Shown: positions 54,357-64,000 of the stretch, piece after piece
Position numbering within the stretch: the first letter of the stretch is position 1
Layout: each line of letters begins with the position of its first letter
NCBI GenBank assembly: GCA_964016885.1
Contig: OZ024740.1
Span: 192,510,001 to 192,574,000, forward strand
Length of the DNA: 64,000 nt
Reading direction: 5' to 3'
Origin: Eledone cirrhosa
Lineage: Eukaryota
The notes under the pieces: model-generated
Database searches by the model: none
What the model saw: the letters and a program-made list of their open reading frames with translations, nothing else
What the model was told of the DNA's origin: nothing
Translations under genes and position numbers: made by a program

Positions 54357-55212
54357 TTGACCGGGTCATCAATTCAGTCTATTTATATATTTTGATGTTT
54401 TCCTCTTTTAGTGGGAATTCTACAATGTAGCAGGGATTAGCGGGAGAGAATAGCGGCGGTAGTGATATTGAGGCAGCGGCAGCAGTGGTGGTGGCGGTGC
54501 TGTGCTAGCAGCAACTAGCAGGAGGTAGTGGGAGAGAATAGCGGCGGTACCTATAGTGAGGCAGCAGTGGTGGTGATGTGGTCGTATTACTGTAGTGATG
54601 GTGTTGAAGTTGGAGTAGAAATTAGAGTCGACTTGACCAGAGTTTTCATCGTGGTAGTGGTGGTGGTATTGGTGGTGAAATTATCTTTAGTGAAAGTATC
54701 GTTAGTCGCGTATATGTGTTGACATTTATCCATAATATTGGAATTAAACATTTTGTTAAAACTAAAACTTTATTTTTATTTTTTTTTTATTTTTTTTTTG
54801 TTTATTTGACCAGGTCATCAATTCAGTCTATTTATATATTTTGATGTTATCCTCTTTTAGTGGGAATTCTACAATGTACCAAGGGGCAGCGGGAGAGAAT
54901 AGCGGCGGTAGTGATATTGAGGCAGCAGCGGCGGTGGCGGTGCTGTACTACCAGCAACTAGCAGGATGTAGTGGGAGAGAATAGCGGCGGTAGCGATAGT
55001 GAGGCAGCGGTGGTGGTGATGTGGTCGTATTACTGTAGTGATGGTGTTGAAGTTGGAGTAGAAGTTTGAGTCGACTTGACCAGGGTTTTCATCGTGGTAG
55101 TGGTGGTGGTATTGGTGGTGAAATTATCTTTAGTGAAATTATCGTTAGTCGCGTATATGTGTTGACATTTATCCATAATATTGGAATTAAACATTTTGTT
55201 AAAACTAAAACT
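54357..55212. repeat. Tandem duplication, about 450 bp period, each unit preceded by a T-rich tract
   Basis: 54357-54771 is nearly identical to 54806-55212. Confidence 0.9.
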
Positions 55213-55672
55213 TGAGGCAATAGTAATAGTAATTATTATTATTATGCTGAGATTGGTGGTGGTGGTGGTGAAATTGCCGTTATCGTGCGGTTGTGTTTAC
55301 TGTACACAGAGGGGTGATGGGGTAGATGGTGTATCTAGTTTCTGATGTTGGTGAAATTGCTGTTATTTGGCTGTTCTATATAGTGTAGACAGAGGGGGTT
55401 TTCTTCCATTTATAACCATTTTCATTTTGAATATAAAATGTATAATAAAATGTATCATACAAAATTGAATATTTGAGCGATATAACAATATATTGTGGAT
55501 CCGAATTTTTTGGGACTCAAGCTGGATGTTTTATGCAACATTTGTACTAAGAATTGTTATTCACAATTGATTTAAATATGTTAAAAGATCAAAACTTACG
55601 GGAGCGATTTCTCGACCTTCTATCCACCATGTGTGTCTTCTTCCCTATTATTATTTTTATTATTATTATTAT

Positions 55673-55674
<2 letters not shown>

Positions 55675-55753
<79 letters not shown>
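55675..55753. repeat. (TAG)n microsatellite
   Basis: Directly visible. Confidence 0.95.
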
Positions 55754-55754
<1 letters not shown>

Positions 55755-56818
55755 TATGGCAGCAGCAGCAACAACAGCAGTAGTATGATGCCAATCAATT
55801 CTAGTTGAGTAGTCATTTTGTCAAAGAAAGGTGTTCCAGTCATGACCTATCCATGAAGGCTTGGTAATATTTTAGGAATATCTTGTCAATATTTGGATAA
55901 TTTATGTCAAATTAATTTATTCTTACGCGACTATCATTGGGGACATCTAAATTACACATAGCGGTATATATATGTGTTTATATGATTTTCTAAACTGGGG
56001 TTTACAGCGAAAAATATATATATCGACACTCGGATATAACGAAGAAAACATAAAGAAATATATACCCCTCCTGAATACATTCTAACATACACTCACTAAC
56101 TATTCACCTACAGGCACATCGATATATATATGTGGGGTTTTGTGTGTTAAGTTTGAACACCTGTGCAATATATAAAAGTATATAAAATATAGGCGAGAAA
56201 ACCGTAAGAGATATATTTAGACGAACTGCATTTTCGTATAGTATAAGTTATGTTGATACTACTTAGTCGCTCTCGCTATCAGAATTGTTGGGCCATAGTA
56301 ACTGATACGTTGTAAATATATAACCGACAATATTATTATTCACGGACATATATATATATACAACATAAATAGAATAAATAGCTATAAATATCATATAGAA
56401 TAAACATTATACAAGTCAAACCTATATGTCCTCTCCTGGGATTTAATACTTATCATATCATAATGACAATAACAAAGAGAAATATCGGAAAAGAAAGTGG
56501 TAGAAGTGGTTGGGAAAACATAGACCTGTGACTAGAAAGTTTAATTCAGCAAAGCTCAGCTGGCTAGAAGGCGAAACCATTGCCGTGGAGAGTAAACCAG
56601 AGGTCCCGATGCGTCAGTCGTTACACCTCCTAGAACTCTTTCTTCAAGCGGTATACCCTTCTCACGATATGTGGACGGAAAATGACAAGACAAAATTTGA
56701 GTATGAGAACCTTGAAAACGGCAACATCGACATTAATAAAGAGAACTGAATAATCTAATGGGAATCATATTCCCATCGAGATAATCTGGATAATTGATAC
56801 ATTATTGTTCTCTTCCAG

Positions 56819-57145
56819 GAATCTCAACTATGTCAGTTCACCTATCCAGAAGGTATATAAATAAAGTCTTTTCCAGGGTCAAATGTTTCAGTTGATTCTA
56901 TCAAACCCCATTGTTAAAATTACAGTGAAATCAGCTGGGAATTCCACAGACAAGTGTACCTTTGACATAGCTCTCAGATGGATGCAGTGTGACGAAATTT
57001 GTGGCAAATCTGGCCCTTGGAATTATACATCACATTTTTCTAGTCGAGGGACTTGAATCGTCTTGAAATGAATGACTCAATGCATCACTAATATCGATCT
57101 TGCTGAAAACACTACCACATCATGTGGATTTATATTTAAATAGAG
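56819..57145 (+). pseudogene. Possible decayed CUB-like exon
   Basis: TTCTCTTCCAG acceptor; NYVSSP..K*...IVKITVKSAGNSTDKCTFDIALRWMQCDEICGKSGPWNYTSHFSSRGT*IVLK*...CGFIFK; several in-frame stops. Confidence 0.3.
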
Positions 57146-58759
57146 TAGCGAGAAAGAGATAATCCTAATATTTCCTTTATTAAATCTCAATAGTATGATA
57201 ACATTGTATTATCTCTAAACAGATATTAAATTATGATATGTCGAATTGTAGAACAGGGTCTTTATGAGTTAGTATCCTCGCACACCAATATGTATTTTGA
57301 TGGACGTAATAATAATATGTTGCTTTTAAAGTGCCTACGACTAATTAAAAGGAACAACAGATCGCCGAGCTTGTGACACACAACAACCTTTAATATATAT
57401 CTGCAATTGACAAACCTCAAAATCCCATATGGATTTATTTTCATCCAGGAGTTAAATACTAGCATAATAAATATCCAAGTTAGTTGGAGCTAATAGCTTA
57501 TCAAATTGTATTCAGAATTGAACTATAATATCTATATATGAAGACATAAGATAACACATCATATCTAAACAATCATTATGCTTATTGTAAATTTGATAGA
57601 TTGTATTCAAGGTTGTATTTAATTAGAGTAATACAGAAACATGACAGTGCGAATAAAGATTTCGTTTCACAATTGCGTGGTTTCGGGTTATGTTCCACTG
57701 TTTCTCAGCTTTAATAAATATTATTCTCCTTGGCTTAACTAATATAGCGTAAGCGATATTTGGTGTTCCTGCCTGTGAATATCTCTAACTTTTTATATCG
57801 TGTAATCTAGCAGTTGGACGAAAACGGATCGATAACATAAGTATTGGTAGCCGATATGATCGAGTGTAACACGGTTAACCGTTATGGGCGCAGTCTAATT
57901 ACTGAATCCAGTTAAAGATTAAAACAACGCATACTATTTTCTGTGAATTCAAATCCTGTAATACTACAGGGTAACACATTTGAAGACCAATAAAGAGTAA
58001 TATACCATTTTATGCGAGAGAAAGTAGCTAATAACGAAAAGGGTTTAGTATATCAGAAAGCACAAATAGTTCAGTTTAGTCCGAAACGATGAATTATTAG
58101 AGATACTTCACTCTCAATTGCATTCCGCATAGATGGCAATTAAACTAAATATATGACTAATATGAATTTAACAATTTAGAAGTTTCCAGGCGACAGTGGT
58201 CTTTACAATTATCAACTGCTCGTTAATCTTTATAAGGGCTGCATCAAATCTATATAATTACATGCCATATTTTAAATTCAACTAATTTCTACTAATTCAT
58301 AACGACAATATAATTTTAGCAACTATATTCATACAGATTAGATAGTTGAGATACACAGTGTGTCTTAAATCCTATATACATAGATACCAAATATCGGTTA
58401 GTTGACCAGATCAGTATGAAATAAAGTACATTTCACAAGAATTAAACTGTTGAAAGCCTATTTTAACCACATATTTTTCAGCCATGATATTGATCATAGT
58501 TTGCCGCACTGAAGCAAAATCATGCCAGATAGTTTTTTGGGGGCGGCGAGAGAAAGGCCAAGACTCGCATGTGAATGGAATTTCTAACACCCAACGATAT
58601 TGATGTAGTCCAAGGGAAAGCCAAAGTTTGATACAATTCGGAATCAGTGTCTTCGCAACGAATTTTTTCCAGCTTAGTTGACTGAATCGGCATGAAATAA
58701 AGTGAAATTACCATCAAATATTTAGGCTACACGCCGACACAACAAAATTAAACTTACAT

Positions 58760-59400
58760 AAAAATGTTACTTAAATAGTCTTATCGTACAAGTCTTTACT
58801 TGAATAGGATTCACCGATACGGAAGCAGTTTCAAAATAAGCAGATTTAGCATCAGCTAGTTGATATTTGCAAATGACGTGGTAGTACTTACCACGTTAGA
58901 AGTTGATCTCCGACATGTAATGCATAGGTTTGTCCCCGAGTATTACACGGTAGTAATCGAAACCAGCGCTGCAATAATCGTCCAGTGGATAAAGGAAACG
59001 GAGTGTACTATGTATTTGAGCAGAGTTAGACTGAAGCAATTAAAGAATTTCAAGTAGGTTTGGAGTGTTATCACGAGAGATGGATTGTAGAAAGCTGAAT
59101 TAAATGCAGGAATTATTCAAGCTGTTGCAACATTGCGCCAATTTCAGCATTCGGACATCAGAGACAATGATGTTTGTGCTAAGGCCAAACTAACTTGAAT
59201 TCAATGATATTGTCTATGTTTACATACGTTCATGGATATTGATAAATGACCTAAAGAATACGATTGTGAATACAAGCGACGGAATATGGGTTCGTCCGTT
59301 ACTTTATAGGGACGTTAACAAGGATATGAGGGAATCTGTCCAGGAAGAACATCTACTTCTGCCCATCAAGTGATAATAACGCCACTTCGACGGGCATATT
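58760..59400 (+). mobile_element. Decayed RTE-clade LINE RT/3' fragment
   Basis: LIFANDVVVL (FADD-like), LKQLKNFK*VWSVITRDG, ELNAGIIQA. Confidence 0.65.
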
Positions 59401-59676
59401 GTTTTTATATTGTTATTTTGACGATGTCTGTATGCGGTTGTATTAAAACTTTTAATTTAAAGATATTTATATTTGGATATGTTTTTATAATTTTGATAGA
59501 ACAAGCAGACATAAAAACAGTAGGGTAATTGTAGGAAATATGTTGAAAAGAATTAATATAACTTAGATGTTTTAAAGTCCAGAAGATATCGACTCTCCAG
59601 TTATAAATTTATTAACATTAAATAAAATGGCGTCTTCCCTGTGTGTGTCTCTCTCTTTCAATACACACACACACAC

Positions 59677-59722
<46 letters not shown>

Positions 59723-60462
59723 TTGTATGAATGTATGTAAATGTATATACATACCCCTAAACACACAAACACACGCACACACTCACACACACACATATAT
59801 ACATAAAACTCTTTTTTTTCACTTCTTTTATAAATGCAAACGCACACATATGATTCGGTCGATATACGTTAACAATTCATTAGTTAAGCATCAAAGAATT
59901 GCAATTAGAAGCATTAAATTATTGTAATATCGATAGTAGAAGAAAATTGAACAATTATATTACATGTTGAACATTATTTGCAATTATGTATTTAATGACA
60001 TATGCATACTAGACAGAAACATTTAACGATAACGCATATCGCGTTATCGTGTGTGAACCACGAGTACACATTTAAAAACGAAACCAAAAATATTTTCTAG
60101 AATATGCTTTTGAGTGAAGATAATATTTCGTGTGTGTGTGTTGTAAGCAAGCGGACACGCACATCCTCTCGACGCACCATCTTATATCTACCGAACATAT
60201 AAGATATATATTATGCATACTCATACATACATACACACATATATAAATAAATAAATAAATATATATTTGTTGGAATAAATATATATATATTTGTTGGAAT
60301 GTATATGAGCCAGTGAGTGTGTGTGTGTGTCTGTGGGTGGGTGAGTGTATGTGTGTGTATGTGCACCTACATAGGGTGGGGTTTGTTTGTATGTTTATGT
60401 GCGTGTACATATACATATGTGTAGATATATATACATGTGTGTATGTATGTGTGTATATATGT

Positions 60463-60750
60463 CAGGTCACCACTTGGTGCTACTGGTAACATGTATCCCA
60501 GTAAAACCTGCCTCATGGTCGGGTCGTTGGCGACTAAACTGGCAACCCCACCAAGGTTTCTTGGTGAGGAGGGTGACTTTGGACATCCTGCAGGACTAAA
60601 AACAAAACCTGTCAAAGGGCAAAGGAGCTCTTAAGAGTCAATGGCCATCCAAAATCACTGGGAGAGATGACCCCTTAGCCTTTGTCAAGGCAGAATTCTA
60701 GGAGAAGGAAAACTCTGATATAACACCTGCAACCCTGATGGTATCCAATG
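60463..60750 (+). mobile_element. Possible 5' UTR fragment of an RTE-like LINE
   Basis: GGCGACTAAACTGGCAACCCC and CTAGGAGAAGGAAAACTCTGA motifs reminiscent of RTE 5' ends (pattern recall only). Confidence 0.35.
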
Positions 60751-61069
60751 ATGTTGACTTGTTCTTCTTTTTGGTAAATATCGTCTTGGTTAAGAGAGTG
60801 GGACTGGCTTTGTGCAGTGCCTTTGCTCACTATAAAAGCTTCACGGCACAGGCATTGCTTTATATCTGGAGATTTCTCTGCACTTGTCTTCACATGGTAC
60901 CAAAGGCAAAGCACTATGTGTCAATAATTGTCACAAGTGTAGTGTTTGTGCCAGAGTTTTCAAGTCGCTGGCTGGACTAAAAAGTCACACTCGTTCAGCG
61001 CATCGGTAGGGGTTCTCCTACATGGATATAAAGTAGTGGCCGTACTCGAAAACGAGTTGGCAGCCACCA

Positions 61070-61800
61070 TATATGTTTGTATATTTGGAAGCGTATAAGG
61101 ATGGGCGTGTATGTGTGCGTGTGTGTGTCCATGTATATGTCTGTGCGTCTTTGTATATATGCGCTGATATGTGTCCTTGTAAGTGTGTACGTGTGTGTGT
61201 GCGTGTGTGCGTGCGTGAGGGACTGGATGTATGGGGGTATATAAGCAGGCGCCAGTAGACGTGTGTGTTGGTGTGTATATGGTGGTGGGTGGGTGTGGGT
61301 GTATGTAACAGAGGGAGTGTGTGTGTATATATGTATATGGGTGTGTATATTTACATATGTGTGCGTACATAAGTGTATGTATATATATGTATGTGTCTGC
61401 GTGTGTGCGTAAGTGTATGTGTATTTATATGTGTGTGTTTATGTGTGGCTATATATTTGTGAGTGTGAGTGGACTTGTGAGATACCAAACCCAGCATGAG
61501 TCCATTGAAGTGTGTCGGACGGAGAGTAGCTGATGGCCAGTGTGGCAGCAAATATTGACCCGAATTTATGATGACGTAGAAAAACAACAGCCAATAGCAA
61601 GACAAGAATGGAATATGTTTTTTGAAGGTGTTTTTTTGAAGCTAACACCCCAATGAGAAAGTTTGCTCTGAAAGCATTGCATGTGTCCGACGAACCCGCA
61701 ATTCTAGAATCAGACAGATTCAAACAATGATCGTGTCTCGAGCTATCTGTCGGCGTAACACACAATAAACTGACACTCGATGCATCACTGATTTTTCGTT
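61070..61800 (+). mobile_element. Solo 3' end of the 32068-37110 PLE family, with degenerate hammerhead at 61682-61762
   Basis: Homologous to about 36770-37090; TGTGT-CCGACGA-ACCCGCA... with GAAACAATT deleted. Confidence 0.75.
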
Positions 61801-61852
61801 TTATATATATATATATGTATATATATATATGTTTACATATATATATAGTAAT

Positions 61853-61985
61853 TGTTTCTACTTTAGGTACAAAGCCAGCAATTACGAGTGCATTACTGTT
61901 ACTTTATTTTCTCGACCCCGTAAGGATGAAAGGCAAAGTCAACCTCGGCGTGATTTAAACTCAGATCGTAAAGTGACGTAACTAT
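61853..61985 (-). mobile_element. 5'-truncated SINE family A
   Basis: 3' two thirds of the SINE; probable TSD ATAT(A/T)TATAGTAAT. Confidence 0.85.
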
Positions 61986-62051
61986 ATATTTATAGTAATA
62001 ATATTAAATGTGAAGACTAAAACCCAAAGAGAGCTCGATATTTTAATAAGG

Positions 62052-62098
<47 letters not shown>

Positions 62099-62413
62099 TA
62101 TATAAAGTGAGAAAATGCGAGAGCGGGAGAGAGACTGAGAAAGAGAGAGAAAGAGAGAGGGGAAGAGGGAGGAAGAATCATGTGGTTTATCCAATCAAAT
62201 ACGATCAACAATGTTGTAGAGCAACATGGAGTCCATCTAATCGTTGAGAAAATTGAAAGAATAAAATAATTTTGAAACTTTGGATATTTTATTGCTCTTT
62301 CTGTGTTTAGAAAATTCGTCATTATACGAGAGTTTATTAACTGATGGATTGCTCGGCAAATATTACGATTTATGATATGTATACACACATATATATATAT
62401 ATATTTATGTGAA

Positions 62414-62470
<57 letters not shown>

Positions 62471-63094
62471 TCCATTTACCAGTGGTTTCTTAAAAGCAAA
62501 AGATGTTGCTTTCAATCCTCAGAATGAAAAAATCCTGGTCTGTTTATTGAATTTGGATTTTAAAAACCAAATTTTTTAAAATCCCAATTCAATAAACATA
62601 GCAGTTTATTATATATTATATGTGTTACTTTAATCATTTCATTACTTCATGTTATACTGTATATTAGATATACGTATTATTATTATTTTTATTCCTATTA
62701 TGCTTATTTATATTTAAACTCTTAATAAGGTTTAATTTGTGCTGTTAATGATGGAAATGTGTATTGATGTATATGTATATGTGCGTACGTGTGCGTACAT
62801 ATATACATATGTATATTGTGCCTTTTAATTTTAATTTTAATATTGTTACAAGTATATTATATTATATTGTATTATATATAGTACTATAATTCCCGCTCTA
62901 TATAACCACCTTTGTTTAGTTCTAGTTTTCTTGCTTTGGACTATATTTGTAATATGGTTCAAAATGTTATCCACCTCAGTGATTTTTGTTATATATTTTA
63001 CCCATAATCTTCCAATACTTTAATGTATGTACACTCCATATTCTTCGGAGTTTCCGGCTTGTATTGGCCGATAGTACTTCTTGTGGTTTTGATC

Positions 63095-63132
63095 GCCCTG
63101 ATGAGTCCTTAATAGGACGAAACATTGTTGGC
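63095..63132 (+). ncRNA. Minimal type I hammerhead, canonical core
   Basis: GCC-CTGATGA-GTCC.TTAATA.GGAC-GAAA-C.ATT.G-TT-GGC. Confidence 0.85.
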
Positions 63133-63189
63133 TAATAAAGACTTTTGATGTATTGAAGGCTTCTTTGTTTTATTTTCATAATATATATA

Positions 63190-63687
63190 TACATATAAAA
63201 ACACACACAGGACAAAATGAAAACACACACACACATAGAACAAACAACCAACCAACAATAAATAAATAAATAAATAAACAAATAGATAAATGAACACAAA
63301 CACACACATACACCCGGATGTGGCGCATGCGCAAACTGAGCACACAACACACACACAGAAACAAAATGGCGTAGGATAGAAGAAAGGAAAGGCACAGAAA
63401 CAAAGGAAGGAATCCCCAGTCACTGAAGAGGTCACAGAGTGTGTGACGAAAGGAGTATGACTATATATAAACAACTATCTGGTTGTGGAACCAACCAACC
63501 AACCAGAAATGTATAAGTTTGTAAATTTAAAAATTTATAAATTTATAAATATATAATAAATTGAAGTGAAAGCAACTGGTGCGTGTGTTTCTTATTGGCA
63601 ACATGACCCTCCCAAAGTATAACAATATCGGTTTCAACACACGATTTCAGATAAAGAATCTTGCTAAACAAATTCAGAAACGAAATA

Positions 63688-63690
<3 letters not shown>
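63190..63690 (+). mobile_element. Solo 3' end (pLTR) of the Naiad-like PLE
   Basis: Reverse complement of 15898-16298 and 35238-35560; ends at (TA)n. Confidence 0.85.
63418..63462 (+). ncRNA. Type I hammerhead ribozyme
   Basis: AGTCA-CTGAAGA-G.GTCACA.GAGTG.TGTGAC-GAAA-GGAG-TA-TGACT. Confidence 0.65.
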
Positions 63691-63742
<52 letters not shown>

Positions 63743-64000
63743 ATAGGGAGAAAAATACGATTATTAAGAAGAAAAATATTTTTTTCTCCTTTAATTTTGT
63801 TCCTTTTTTCTGAGTAAGAAAATGTTTAAGCAAGATATTTTACTTTGTGTCAAGTGTTAAGGTATTAGTTAATTTATTTATTAATTACCAATGGCATGGA
63901 ATTATTTATTTATATATTTAATAATTGTCTATTACCGGTTTCAGCATTTTATGCATTATAAAAGTGGGGAATTTGTATTGGTGTAAAATGTTGGTGATGT

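Noticed and set aside
62540-62602. AT-rich hairpin as a terminator or regulatory element
   Set aside because: Eukaryotic context; most simply a small fold-back within the pLTR-like segment ending at the 63095 hammerhead

Overview
Eukaryotic, AT-rich, microsatellite-dense, essentially intergenic DNA. The SINE, R4/Dong LINE, maT/mariner content and abundant (TA)n tracts suggest an octopus-like cephalopod (inference). No intact host gene was found, and most short ORFs in the supplied track are microsatellite artefacts. The window is dominated by Penelope-like retroelements (RT plus GIY-YIG) and their non-coding ends. By eye I find about 26 minimal type I hammerhead ribozyme motifs from about 13 sequence families. 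Many sit in head-to-head fold-back structures flanked by (TA)n. The most notable system is a non-coding 430-440 bp hammerhead-bearing tandem repeat (retrozyme-like, 11.65-15.83 kb). A second short family appears folded back exactly at hammerhead helix II. Other content: an R4/Dong LINE with a tandem truncated copy in (TAA)n, seven copies of one tRNA-derived SINE, mariner/maT remnants, Helitron pieces, RTE remnants and low-confidence CUB-like pseudo-exons. All structures were read manually, and coordinates of degenerate elements are approximate.
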